A stretch of DNA of 64,000 bases from a virus (taxonomy: Duplodnaviria; Heunggongvirae; Uroviricota; Caudoviricetes). Below are positions 45,672-56,821 of this stretch, piece by piece; positions within the stretch are counted from its first letter, which is position 1, and every line of letters starts with the position of its first letter. The notes under the pieces are model-generated. The model saw only the letters and a program-made list of their open reading frames with translations, did not search any database and was not told where the DNA came from. The stretch lies in IMG/VR virus record IMGVR_UViG_3300031555_003801, positions 1 to 64,000 of that record; one strand, given 5' to 3'. Position numbers and translations under genes: made by a program.

Positions 45672-46652
45672 ATGGCAATTGATTTATTAGCAATTAAACC
45701 TCATAAAGTAAGTAAAGATTTAAGTGGATATATTACATATATCTATGGAGCACCAAAGACAGGAAAAACTACATTAGCATCTTAGATGGAAGGTGCTCTG
45801 CTTCTCGCATTTGAACCAGGTTATCATGCTCTTCCAGGTGTAATGGCACAGGATATTACATCTTGGACTGAAATGAAGCAGGTTTATAGAGAATTAAAGA
45901 AGCCAGAAGTAAAAGCGAACTTTAAGTCAATTATTATTGATACCATTGATATCGCAGCTGATTTTTGCAAGAAATATATTTGTAGTCAAAATGATATTGA
46001 AGATCTTGGAGATATGGGTTATGGTAAAGGTTGGACTAAATTTAAAGATGAATTTAATAATATCTTTAGAGGATTAACTCAACTTGGTTATGCTGTATTC
46101 TTTATCGGTCATGATAAGACAGAAAGCATTGATAATCCAGATGGAACTAAAACATATAAGATTAGACCTGCTTTAAGTAATTCTACAAAAACAGTAATTG
46201 CAGGTATGGCTGATATTTATGGCTATGCACATCAGAAGTATGCTGGTGAAATGTCTGTTTTAACTTTAAGAGATCCTTCTAATTTAATTGAATGTGGTGG
46301 AAGATTTAAGTATCTTGCAAATGAAATTCCTATGAATTATAAGAATTTAGTAAATGCTCTTCATGAAGCAATCGAAAAAGAAGCTGCTGAAAATGGCGGA
46401 AAGTTTGTAACAGAAGAAAGAATTGTTGCTCCTGTTGAAAAGACTTATGATTTTGATGCTTTAAAGGCTGAATTTGAAGGTCTTGTAGGTCAGTTAATGA
46501 ATAAGAATCAAACTTACTATGCTCCAAAGATTATGGAAATCGTAGAAAAGTATCTTGGTAAGGGCAAAAAAGTAGCAGATGCTACACCTTCCCATGCTGA
46601 ATTCTTACATTTAATTGTAACTGATATTAAAGAAGATTTAATGACTGAATAA
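45672..46652 (+). CDS. AAA_24/Sak4-like RecA-fold ATPase, 1 in-frame TAG (45783) directly after the Walker A motif
   Basis: YIYGAPKTGKTTLAS*MEGALLLAFEPG. Joins ORF-track frame 45786..46652. RBS AAGGAGAA. Confidence 0.65.
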
Positions 46653-46658
46653 TATAAA

Positions 46659-46697
46659 CAACTCTGGATGAAATATTCCAGAGTTGATTTTTTTTTG
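46659..46697 (+). terminator. Rho-independent terminator
   Basis: caactctggat-gaaat-attccagagttg + atttttttttg. Confidence 0.75.
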
Positions 46698-46726
46698 AAA
46701 ATATGATATAATATTTATATAAACTA

Positions 46727-47266
46727 TTGAAAGGAGTATTTATTTATATGGCACATAATGTAAAGTGTCCGATTTGTGGAAAAACATTTGACCGAGATAA
46801 AGTACCTTTTGTTCAGGTTTCTCCTCGCAGATATGCCCATAAAGAATGCTCTATGTCTGAGGATGAACGCAAAACACAAGAAATAAAAGATAAAGAAGAA
46901 TTAGATAATTATATAATGTCTTTATTTAAAATGACTTATGTAGATGCGAGAATCCAAAAGCAAATCAAAAAGTATGTAGATGAAAATAATTATACATATT
47001 CTGGCATAAAAAAAGCTTTGGTTTATTTTTTTGAAATAAAAGGCAATTCTGTTGAAAAAGCAAATGGTGGAATAGGTATAGTTCCTTATGTTTATCAGCA
47101 AGCATATAATTATTATTATTCATTGTGGTTGGCTCAACAAAAAAATGAAGATAAAGTAGTTGAGGAATATGTTCCAATAGTAAAAGAAATAATTATTCCA
47201 GTGCCTGAACGTAAAGTACGGAAAAGGCCATTATTTTCATTTTTAGACGAGGAAGGTGAAATATGA
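46727..47266 (+). CDS. Hypothetical zinc-ribbon protein (possible helicase loader)
   Basis: CPICGKTF...HKEC. Directly upstream of and overlapping dnaB. Confidence 0.4.
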   Translation: MKGVFIYMAHNVKCPICGKTFDRDKVPFVQVSPRRYAHKECSMSEDERKTQEIKDKEELDNYIMSLFKMTYVDARIQKQIKKYVDENNYTYSGIKKALVYFFEIKGNSVEKANGGIGIVPYVYQQAYNYYYSLWLAQQKNEDKVVEEYVPIVKEIIIPVPERKVRKRPLFSFLDEEGEI

Positions 47267-48792
47267 GTTCTAAATATGTCGATGTTGCGGCAACAATGCA
47301 AGTTGTAGGTTGTGTATTTAATAATCCACAATTATTAGATATTTCAGATAGATATATTATAACAGATGAAGATTTCGCAAATGAGTTTCATAAAATTGTT
47401 TTTGGTGCAATTTATAAATTACATGAATTAGGTGCGCAAGAAATTACATTAGAAAGTATTTCAGATTTTCTTGCGGCTCGACCAAAAAGTGAAGCGGTTT
47501 TTAAAACTCAAAAAGGTGAAGAATGGCTAATTAAAGTTGCAGAAAATAGTATTCCTTCTGCATTTGATTATTATTATCAAAGATTAAAAAAGTTTTCATT
47601 ATTGAGGGCTTATGATAATTGCGGAATGGATGTTTCTGATATATATGATCCAGATAATTTTCTTGATATGAAGAAAAAACAACTTCAAGAAGAAATATTG
47701 GATAATTCAACCTTAGAACAAATTGCAGATAAGATTGATGAAAAAATTGATGCAATTAGAATGCAGTATGTTGATGATTCTTTTGGAGAGGCTTTTCAAG
47801 CTGGTGAAGGAATTGAAGATTTAATTGATAGATTTAAAGAGCATCCGGAAGTTGGTGTTCCATTATATGGACCATTAATTAATACAGTTACAAGAGGAGC
47901 GAGATTGAAAAAGTTTTATCTGCGGTCTGCAGCCACAGGTATTGGAAAAACTCGTTCTATGATTGCGGATGCTTGTTATATCGCTTGTGAAAAACTTTAC
48001 GATGAAACATTCGGATGGATTGGAACTGGACTTGCTCAGCCAGTATTATTTATTACAACTGAGCAGGAATTAGAAGAAATCCAAACAATGATGTTGGCAT
48101 TTTTATCGGGTGTAAATGAAGACCATATTCTTAATGGTGAATATGAACCAGGTGAAGAAGACCGCGTACGTCAAGCCGCAGTTTTAATTAAAAACGCACC
48201 TTTATATGTAGAAGAACTTCCAGATTTTTCATTAAAAGATGTTGAAGATAAAATTAAGAAGAATATTAGAGAACATGATGTAAAATATGTGTTCCATGAT
48301 TATATACATACAAGTTTAAAAATATTAGAAGAAATCACTCGTAGAAGTGGTGGTGTAAAATTAAGAGAAGATAATATTTTATTTATGTTATCAACTCGAT
48401 TAAAAGATATTTGTAATAAGTATGGAATTTTTATTATGTCTGCGACACAGTTAAATGGCGATTATAAAGACGCAAAAGTTCCTGACCAGAATTTACTTCG
48501 TGGCGCAAAAGCGATTGCGGATAAAATTGACTATGGCGCAATTTTAATGGGTGTTACTGATGAAGATTTAGTAGCATTAGATAAAATACTTTGTGCAAAT
48601 ATTTTTGAAAGACCAACAATTAAAATGTCAGTCTATAAAAATCGTAGAGGAAGATATAAAGGAGTTTATCTCTGGTGTAAAGCAGATTTAGGTTCTTGTA
48701 GAATTAAACCGATGTTTTGCACAGGTTATGATTATGAAATGATTAATATAGATGATATTAGAATTAAAATAGAGGAGCCATCAGCGTTTTGA
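47263..48792 (+). CDS. dnaB: DnaB-like replicative DNA helicase
   Basis: N-terminal DnaB domain. RecA-fold with Walker A SAATGIGKTRS. 509 aa. Confidence 0.8.
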   Translation: MSSKYVDVAATMQVVGCVFNNPQLLDISDRYIITDEDFANEFHKIVFGAIYKLHELGAQEITLESISDFLAARPKSEAVFKTQKGEEWLIKVAENSIPSAFDYYYQRLKKFSLLRAYDNCGMDVSDIYDPDNFLDMKKKQLQEEILDNSTLEQIADKIDEKIDAIRMQYVDDSFGEAFQAGEGIEDLIDRFKEHPEVGVPLYGPLINTVTRGARLKKFYLRSAATGIGKTRSMIADACYIACEKLYDETFGWIGTGLAQPVLFITTEQELEEIQTMMLAFLSGVNEDHILNGEYEPGEEDRVRQAAVLIKNAPLYVEELPDFSLKDVEDKIKKNIREHDVKYVFHDYIHTSLKILEEITRRSGGVKLREDNILFMLSTRLKDICNKYGIFIMSATQLNGDYKDAKVPDQNLLRGAKAIADKIDYGAILMGVTDEDLVALDKILCANIFERPTIKMSVYKNRRGRYKGVYLWCKADLGSCRIKPMFCTGYDYEMINIDDIRIKIEEPSAF

Positions 48793-49901
48793 TAGTTTAT
48801 AATAAAAGTGAAATTAGAGAAAACTTAACAATAGATAATATATTTGATTTATTAGAAGAGTTCGGTGGAGAACCAGAACATGTTTCCACTGGTTTAGTTT
48901 CACGAACAATTTGTCATAATAATATAAATGATGATGCTTCTCGAAAATTATATTATTATGAAAATACTGGTTTATTTAGATGTTATACTGGCGGATGCGA
49001 AGAGCCAATCTTTGATATATTTGAATTAGTTATTAAAGTAATGTCAATTCAAAAAAATGAAGATTTTGATTTAAATGACGCAGTCCGTTGGGTAGCATCA
49101 AAGTTTCATATTTCTGGTCGTGAAGAAGATGCTCCAGAAGATGAAGGATTAGATGATTGGAAATATTTAGCAAACTATAATCGTATTCAAGATATAGAAG
49201 TTAAAACTAATAATATTATTTTAAAAGAATATGATGATAGTATTTTAAAGAATTTTAATTATAAAGTGCGGATTGAGCCTTGGTTAAAAGAAGATATAAC
49301 TCAAGAAGCACTCACTAATTCTACTATTGGATTTTATCCTGGTGGAGACCAAATTACAATTCCTCATTTTGACCAAAACGGCAGATTTATTGGTTTGCGT
49401 GGTAGAGCATTATGTAAAGATGAAGCAGAAAAATATGGAAAATATAGACCATTAAAAATAAATAATATTTTATACAATCATCCTCTTGGAATGAATTTAT
49501 ATAATTTAAATAATTCCAAAAAAGCCATTTCGATCCTCGAAAAAGCGATTGTGTTTGAGGGCGAGAAATCAGTCCTCAAATATCAATCGTATTTCGGATT
49601 AGAGAATGATATATCAGTTGCTTGTTGCGGAAGTAATTTATCTGCTTATCAAGTTCAACTATTAATTGAAGCTGGAGCAAAAGAAATTATTGTTGCTTTT
49701 GATAGACAGTTTCAAGAAATTGGAGATAAAGAATTTTATCATTTAAAAAAGAATTTGATGAAATTACATAATAAGTATCACAGCGAAGTGATAATTAGTT
49801 TTATTTTTGATAAGAATATTATCACAGATTATAAAGCAAGTCCAATTGATGAAAGCAAAGAAAAGTTTATACAATTATTTAAGGAAAGGATAGTATTATA
49901 A
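48789..49901 (+). CDS. DNA primase (zinc-binding + TOPRIM)
   Basis: Zn-ribbon CHNN...CYTGGC. TOPRIM-like IVFEGEKSVL. Overlaps dnaB and the next gene. Confidence 0.65.
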   Translation: MIVYNKSEIRENLTIDNIFDLLEEFGGEPEHVSTGLVSRTICHNNINDDASRKLYYYENTGLFRCYTGGCEEPIFDIFELVIKVMSIQKNEDFDLNDAVRWVASKFHISGREEDAPEDEGLDDWKYLANYNRIQDIEVKTNNIILKEYDDSILKNFNYKVRIEPWLKEDITQEALTNSTIGFYPGGDQITIPHFDQNGRFIGLRGRALCKDEAEKYGKYRPLKINNILYNHPLGMNLYNLNNSKKAISILEKAIVFEGEKSVLKYQSYFGLENDISVACCGSNLSAYQVQLLIEAGAKEIIVAFDRQFQEIGDKEFYHLKKNLMKLHNKYHSEVIISFIFDKNIITDYKASPIDESKEKFIQLFKERIVL

Positions 49902-50692
49902 TGTTTGAAAAAGTAAATCCATCACATCCAGATAAAGTAGCAGATAGAATTGCGGGCGCATTAGTAGATTTAGCATATAGTGAGCAAGAAAATCCAAAAG
50001 TAGCAATTGAAGTATTAATCGGACATAATGAATGTTATATTACAGGTGAATCTAGTTATTTGTTTGCAATAACAGAAGTCAATGAAATTGTTAAAAGAAT
50101 TGATCCATCAATTCAATCTCTTACATTAACAGTTGCGCCACAGGATGTGCATTTAGCAAAGAACCAAGAAGAGGCTATTAGATGTGGTGATAATGGTATT
50201 TTTAAAGGAATGCCAGTAACATCAGAGCAGGCTACATTAGCGACAATCGCAAGAGATATCTATAGTAATTTCCCAACAGATGGAAAGTATATCCTTGATG
50301 AAAAGCATGATAAATTAATTATTTGTCAAAGCAATGCAAATACAGAAAATCTACGTGTAATGTATGAAAATGCAATCATCAATCCACTTGGTGATTGGAC
50401 TGGTGGAACTGGGGTTGATGCTGGTGCTACCAATAGAAAATTAGGCTCTGATATGGCGGATAGTGTAACTGGTGGAGGACTTCATGGTAAAGACCTTTCA
50501 AAAGCTGATGTATCTGTTAATATTTATGCTTGGTTAAAAGCTCAGCAGACCGGCGAACCGCAAGCATTTTGTTGCGCAATTGGTGATGAAGAAATTGATG
50601 GAGTTCCATATTCTGAAATTGTTGAAATCGCAAGAGAATATATTAATTCTTGTGGCGGTTTTGAAAAGTTTGCTGAATGGGGTTTAATTTAA
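49901..50692 (+). CDS. S-adenosylmethionine synthetase (MetK)-like protein, short form
   Basis: N-terminal SHPDKVADRIAGALVD ~ MetK GHPDKxCDQISDAVLD. GGGLHGKDLSKADVS ~ MetK GGGAFSGKDPTKVDRS. Only 263 aa. Confidence 0.5.
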   Translation: MFEKVNPSHPDKVADRIAGALVDLAYSEQENPKVAIEVLIGHNECYITGESSYLFAITEVNEIVKRIDPSIQSLTLTVAPQDVHLAKNQEEAIRCGDNGIFKGMPVTSEQATLATIARDIYSNFPTDGKYILDEKHDKLIICQSNANTENLRVMYENAIINPLGDWTGGTGVDAGATNRKLGSDMADSVTGGGLHGKDLSKADVSVNIYAWLKAQQTGEPQAFCCAIGDEEIDGVPYSEIVEIAREYINSCGGFEKFAEWGLI

Positions 50693-51058
50693 AATGTATG
50701 GATTAGTAATAGGTAAAAATTTTACTGTGGCAGAAAAAATATTAAAAAGTATTATTCTGCACTATGAACAAAATCATGTATTTACTTCTTTTATAAGAAA
50801 AGATCAAGTTCGTTTTGAAAATAATCAATTGTGGGTGGCTGTTGGTGAAAGCCACCCTGCCAAAATTAGAGGATATAAACCAAAAGTTATTTATCTTGAT
50901 TCTAGGGTTAAGGATGCTGAAATATTAAATAATATTCAGTATTTAAAAATGACAATTCCTAATTTAAAGATAGTAGTATGGTGAAAGGTGGTTAATTTAT
51001 TTGAAACGAAAATTAAATAAATAGATGGTGATTGATATGAAAGGAGGTTAACATTCTT

Positions 51059-52813
51059 ATGGAGTATCAATTAATTAAATCCCCTCTTAAATATGGTTCA
51101 TAGCTGTCCATAATTGAAGAGTTATTGACAAACAGAGGAATAAACCTAGAAAATATTAATCACTATTTAAACACTACTGATGGAGATATTTTAAACCCAT
51201 CAATAATTGCTAATGTGCGGGAAGGCGCTAAAATGCTAATTTCGCACATTCACAAAGGAGACAAAGTTCTCATTCAAATAGACTCTGATGCTGATGGTTT
51301 TACATCTTCCGCATTATTAATTAACTATTTGAATTGTCTATTTCCTGCCTTTGTGAGAAATAATATATCTTATAGATTACATACAGGAAAACAGCACGGC
51401 ATTGTCCTGGACACAATTCCCGATGATGTTAAATTAGTTATTGCTCCAGATTCATCTAGTAATGACTACGAAGTTCATGAGGCGCTTGCGCTTCGTGGAG
51501 TTGATGTGCTGGTAATAGACCACCATGACGCAGAGAAAGTATCAGAATATGCTTGTGTCATAAACAACCAATTATGTGATTACCCTACTAAATCTTTATC
51601 TGGTGTAGGTATGGTATATAAATTCTGTGCTTACTTAGACCAACTTTTAAAGGATAATAAAGCAGAGCAATTCCTTGATTTGGTTGCTGTTGGCATGGTG
51701 GCTGACATGATGGATTTACGAGATTTTGAAACAAGACATTTGGTCGTAAGTGGCTTAAATAAAATTCGCAATCCTTACCTAAAAGGTATGATTAACACAA
51801 ATGAATATTCTATTTCAAGAGGTGGAGGTCTAAATCCTTTTACGGTAGCTTTTTATATTGCGCCATATATTAACGCAACCATTCGCGTCGGCACACAAGA
51901 TGAAAAGCTCATGCTATTCGAATCTATGCTTGACTATCGGGGATATGAACAAATCCCTTCGACCAAACGAGGATGTAAGGGTCAAGTAGAGACAAGAGTA
52001 GAACAGGCTTGTCGCAATTGCACTAACATCAAGAAGAGACAAACAAACGCAAGAGATTCAAGTCTGAATATAATTGAACAAACAATAAAAGAAAGAAATC
52101 TATTAGACCATAAATTATTAGTTATTCAAGTTCAAGATGTAGATACTAATTTAACAGGTTTAATTGCTAATGAATTAGCTTCAAAATATCAAAGACCTAC
52201 TTTATTATTAAATAAAAAAGTAAATGAAGAAGGCGTGATATCTTGGGAAGGCTCTGGCAGAAATTATAGTAATTCTCCAATAGAAAGTTTTAGAGAATTA
52301 CTATTAGAAACTGGTTTTGCTATGTATAGTGAAGGACATGCTTCTGCTTTTGGCTTCGGAGTTTTAGATTCTAATTTTGATGAATTTATATCATATACAG
52401 ATAATTTATTAGCAGATTTCGACTTTTCCCCATGTTATACAGTAGATAAGATTTATCATTATGGTAATTTTAATCCTAATGATATTTTAAAAGTTGCTGA
52501 ATTAAAACCAATATGGGGCCAAGGGTTGGAAGAACCTCTCATTGTATTAGAACAATTAGATTTAAAAAATTGTAAAATTGATTTAATGTCAAGAGATAAA
52601 AATCCAACCTTAAAGATAACCTTGCCGCAAGGCTTGAGTTTGATTAAGTTCGGGTCGTCTGAAGAAGAATATGATAATATCATTAATTCTGATTTTAATT
52701 GTGTAAATATGAACATCGTTGGTAAATGCGATAAAAACGAATGGGGGGGCAGAATAACGCCTCAAATTAGTATAGAAGATTACGAAATTGTAGCAAAAAA
52801 ATATATCTTCTAA
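51059..52813 (+). CDS. recJ: RecJ-like DHH/DHHA1 phosphoesterase (ssDNA exonuclease), 1 in-frame TAG (51101)
   Basis: DSDADGFTS and DHH motifs. N-terminus MEYQLIKSPLKYGS*LSIIEELLTNRGI from ATG 51059 (RBS AAGGAGG) is in frame with ORF-track 51125..52813. Confidence 0.75.
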
Positions 52814-52858
52814 ATATTGCACAGTCGGCCTAATATAAAATATTAGGAGGATTTAAAT

Positions 52859-53683
52859 ATGAAAAAGATTATTGCTATTTTTATGGTTTTAGTATTTATG
52901 TTTAGCGTTATTGGAGTAGCATATGCCGCTGAATCCATAGAAATAGAAGAACCAACTACAACTTCGGAAGATAACATCCCTTCTGAAACTCTTATGACTG
53001 TTAATTCTTTAATTTCTTCCATAGAAAGAGATAAAACTAAGGATATGGATGAATTAGAAGAATTAATTGATGAATGCGCGGCTCGCATGGATGCCGCAAA
53101 ACAAATGAAAGAATCTGCTGAGGATCTTGGATATCATGATGAACATGCAGTAATATTACTTGCTGAACAAGAATATGAAAATGCAAAAGCAGATAAGAAA
53201 TTTTATAAAGATACTTTAAAGAAACAAGAAGAAAAGTATTGGAATAAAAAAAGAAATCAATATCCTGTGGCAACAGAAATCTGGCTATATCTTAAAGATG
53301 AAGGTTATAATGATTATGTGTGCGCTGGCATTTTAGGAAATTTAATGGCAGAAGTAGGAGGACAAACTCTTAACATTAATCCGTTGAGAAATAGTGGCAA
53401 TGGATATTATGGAATGTGCCAATGGAGCAAAAAATATTATCCAAAAGTCGTAGGGGAAGACTTAAATGGCCAACTAGAATTTTTAAATAGTAATATTAAA
53501 ACTATTATTAATAAATATGGAAAAAATTATAAATCAGATTTTAATTATTCCAAATTTAAAAAATTAAAAAATGAAAAAGAAGCTGCGAAAGCATTTGCGG
53601 CTTGCTATGAACGTTGCGCAAGCTATACTTATTCTCAAAGAATGAAGAACGCAACAGTTGCTTATGAATATTTCGTAAGATAA
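52859..53683 (+). CDS. Secreted lysozyme-like (SLT/GH23-like) protein
   Basis: Signal peptide MKKIIAIFMVLVFMFSVIGVAYA. CAGILGNLMAEVGG...GMCQW resembles transglycosylase catalytic motifs. RBS AGGAGG. Confidence 0.45.
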   Translation: MKKIIAIFMVLVFMFSVIGVAYAAESIEIEEPTTTSEDNIPSETLMTVNSLISSIERDKTKDMDELEELIDECAARMDAAKQMKESAEDLGYHDEHAVILLAEQEYENAKADKKFYKDTLKKQEEKYWNKKRNQYPVATEIWLYLKDEGYNDYVCAGILGNLMAEVGGQTLNINPLRNSGNGYYGMCQWSKKYYPKVVGEDLNGQLEFLNSNIKTIINKYGKNYKSDFNYSKFKKLKNEKEAAKAFAACYERCASYTYSQRMKNATVAYEYFVR

Positions 53684-53690
53684 TTTTAAA

Positions 53691-53722
53691 GGGTTATGTA
53701 GAAATACATAACCCTATTTTTT
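53691..53722 (+). terminator. Rho-independent terminator
   Basis: gggttatgta-gaaa-tacataaccc + tattttttg. Confidence 0.75.
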
Positions 53723-53820
53723 GTTTCTATAAACTAGTTGCTTGCGCCGGCCTCAATCACAAAATCCGCAAACCCAAATTAAAACCACTCTTCAAAATTT
53801 TTAGACCAAATATTCAAAAC

Positions 53821-53849
53821 TTGATTTTTAATATAAAATATGATATAAT
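53821..53849 (+). promoter_or_regulatory. sigma70-like promoter TTGATT-N17-TATAAT
   Basis: ttgatt 53821-53826, tataat 53844-53849 (tgaTATAAT). Confidence 0.6.
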
Positions 53850-54172
53850 ATTATATATAAGTAAAAGAGGAGGAATTAAATGAAAGATAATTGGTGTCAA
53901 TATTTAGGAAAAGAAGGAAAAGATTGTATTGAGTTATTTGATAAATTAGATTTTTCTAAATTTTTGCAAGATGATGATGTTGCAGATATAAAAGATATAA
54001 TTGATGATATTGAGATATATTACGGAACTGATTTTGAAGATATTACTGGTGGTTTATTATTTAATCTATTTAATACATTAGAAATTATAGAATATTTAGA
54101 AGATAGATATGAAATTCGTTTTATTGAACATGTAACATATTTAAAAGTTGGAACAGGAGAAAAGAAAAATAA

Positions 54173-55333
54173 ATGATTCTTACTTATAAACAAGAAGAAG
54201 GATTAAAAATAGCAATTCAAAGATATAAAGATAGAGAACGATATACTGTAATTAGTGGATATGCTGGAAGTGGTAAATCAACCCTTGTAAAATTTATTAT
54301 CTCTGCTCTTGGCCTTTATAATGAAGATGTGGCATATATAGCATATACGGGTAAAGCAGCACTTGTTCTTAAAGAAAAAGGTTGTCCTAATGCTACAACT
54401 GCACATAAATTATTATATCAATCTTTCCCAAGAAAAGATGGCACATTTTATCATAAGCCTCGTCGCCCACTAGAATATCCTTATAAATTAATTATAGTGG
54501 ATGAAGTATCAATGCTTCCAAAAGAAATGTGGGATTTATTATTATCTCATAGAGTTCATGTAATAGCACTTGGAGATCCTGGACAGCTTCCTCCAATAGG
54601 AGAAGATAATGAAATTTTGGCTCAACCTCATATTTTTCTTGATGAAATCATGAGACAAGCACAAGAAAGTGAAATTATTAGATTAACTATGGATGTGCGG
54701 GCCGGCAAGTCTTTAAGTCTCTATAAGGGTAATGAAGTTCAAATTATTGATAAAAAAGAATTAGTAAGTGGAATGTTTACATGGGCAGATCAAATTTTAG
54801 TAGCAAAGAATGATACTCGCTTTAAAATAAATCAATTGATGAGAAGTTATTTGCATAATGTTTGGGATAGCACATATCCCGTTGAAGGAGACAAAGTAAT
54901 TTGTTTGCGCAATTATTGGGAAGAACCGAATATATCTGGTGATGTACTAGTTAATGGTACTATTGGATATATAACTAATTTAGAAAAACCAAATAGAGTT
55001 CATCCCCTTTTTATTGGTCATGTAGTAAATGCAAAATTTACACCAGATTATGGTGAATCATCTTTTGAAAATACTTTGATAGATAATAAATTATTAACAA
55101 CTGGTAATTCAATTATTAATAATAATAATTTTAATATATTTAAAAATGTTCCTAATAAGCCTAAGCATTTTGATTATGGTTATGCGATTACTTGTCATAA
55201 GGCACAAGGTAGTGAATATAATAAAGTATTAGTATTAGAAGAATGGTTAAAAGGTGGCGATCATGCTCGTTGGCTTTATACAGCGGCAACTCGCGCAAAA
55301 GAAAAATTAGTAATAGTAAAGGATTATAAATAA
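54173..55333 (+). CDS. SF1 DNA helicase (Dda/RecD-like)
   Basis: Walker A GYAGSGKST. Motif II IIVDEVSML. 386 aa. Confidence 0.8.
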   Translation: MILTYKQEEGLKIAIQRYKDRERYTVISGYAGSGKSTLVKFIISALGLYNEDVAYIAYTGKAALVLKEKGCPNATTAHKLLYQSFPRKDGTFYHKPRRPLEYPYKLIIVDEVSMLPKEMWDLLLSHRVHVIALGDPGQLPPIGEDNEILAQPHIFLDEIMRQAQESEIIRLTMDVRAGKSLSLYKGNEVQIIDKKELVSGMFTWADQILVAKNDTRFKINQLMRSYLHNVWDSTYPVEGDKVICLRNYWEEPNISGDVLVNGTIGYITNLEKPNRVHPLFIGHVVNAKFTPDYGESSFENTLIDNKLLTTGNSIINNNNFNIFKNVPNKPKHFDYGYAITCHKAQGSEYNKVLVLEEWLKGGDHARWLYTAATRAKEKLVIVKDYK

Positions 55334-55962
55334 TGGGACAATATACAACAAAAGGTTTATATAATGGATATGATAAAAAGCATAAAGAAAGAGATAAAAC
55401 TGACTATTATGCTACTCCAACTGTAGAAGTAAAAAATATTTTAGAAACATTAGGAATTAATTTTGATGGTTTAACAATTCTTGAACCATGTGCTGGCGGA
55501 GGACATATGTTAAAAGGCATTAAAGAATATGCTCCAAATGCTACTATTTATGCTACTGATTTTACAAAACATCCAAGAATTGAAGATTTTGAAATTTTAA
55601 CTGGTGAAGAATATGATTTTCTTGCTGATAATTATAATTTACCAGATGAAAATATTGATTGGATAATTATGAATCCTCCGTATTCTACAATTGAACCATT
55701 TACTATTAGAGCATTAGAAATTGCCGAAAAAGGCATAATTATGTTAGCAAGATTACAATTCCTTGAAGGTTCTGGTAGATATGAAACAATTTTAAAAGAC
55801 AATCCTCCAACTGATGTATATGTATATGTTGATAGAATTCAATGTTGGAAGAATGGAGATAAACCAGATGGCTCTTCTGCACAAGCATATGCTTGGTTTG
55901 TTTGGAATAAAACATTAGATAAAAAAGAAACAAAAGTAAATTGGATTAGGAGAGCTAAATGA
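55333..55962 (+). CDS. N6-adenine DNA methyltransferase
   Basis: Motif I LEPCAGGGHM. Motif IV IIMNPPYS. Confidence 0.7.
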   Translation: MGQYTTKGLYNGYDKKHKERDKTDYYATPTVEVKNILETLGINFDGLTILEPCAGGGHMLKGIKEYAPNATIYATDFTKHPRIEDFEILTGEEYDFLADNYNLPDENIDWIIMNPPYSTIEPFTIRALEIAEKGIIMLARLQFLEGSGRYETILKDNPPTDVYVYVDRIQCWKNGDKPDGSSAQAYAWFVWNKTLDKKETKVNWIRRAK

Positions 55963-56561
55963 AAAATATAGTAACTATTGATTTTGATATTATAATGGCT
56001 CCTTGTATTGATTTATATAATCATTTGGTCCCAAGAGTTCCATGGTTTGAATTACGACATATTCCACAATTAAATTTATTAACAGCAGATATGTTTTATT
56101 ATCAACGTTTAACAGAATATTTAATTTCTTTATTACCACATTTAAGATTTGATCAGATTCATTTTGTTTATGAACATCAAACAGCAACTTTTAAAATGCC
56201 TGGTGATGAAAAATTAACTATTTATAATATAGATCATCATCATGATTGTGGATATCATGATGAACAAGAGCCTATTTCAGAACAAGATTTAACATGTGCA
56301 AATTGGGTTAGAAAAATTAAAGATTTTGATTTATTAGAAAGGTATATTTGGATCAAAAATGTTAATTCTGATTTAAAACCAGAAGATTTTGATATGGAAG
56401 AAAATTTTATGGGAAGTTATAATTTAGAACAAATTCCTATTCCAGACCAATTAATTTTAGTTTTATCTCCTCAATGGGTTCCGGAAGATTTTTATCCATT
56501 ATTTAAATTATGGCAATCAATTGTAACAGATTATTATAAGCAACCTGCAATTATAGAATAA
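55959..56561 (+). CDS. Hypothetical protein
   Basis: ORF overlapping the MTase stop. His-rich DHHHDCGYHD segment. Confidence 0.35.
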   Translation: MKNIVTIDFDIIMAPCIDLYNHLVPRVPWFELRHIPQLNLLTADMFYYQRLTEYLISLLPHLRFDQIHFVYEHQTATFKMPGDEKLTIYNIDHHHDCGYHDEQEPISEQDLTCANWVRKIKDFDLLERYIWIKNVNSDLKPEDFDMEENFMGSYNLEQIPIPDQLILVLSPQWVPEDFYPLFKLWQSIVTDYYKQPAIIE

Positions 56562-56821
56562 GGAGAAAATAGTTATGAATATGGATATGACAGTAAATCT
56601 TAAAAATGTAAAAGAATTTATAGAATCTCAAAAATTTACTCAATTTTTATTAAGTAATACAACTGATTTTTCAACAGCAGCTTTTATTCTTCAAACACTT
56701 TTAGATAAAGTGAAAGAACTTGACGCTGAATAAAAAATATGGTATAATAATATAAATATATAAAAGATGAAAGGAATAAGTTCAATGCGAAAGTATTTCG
56801 GGATTCATAAAAAGGTGTCAA

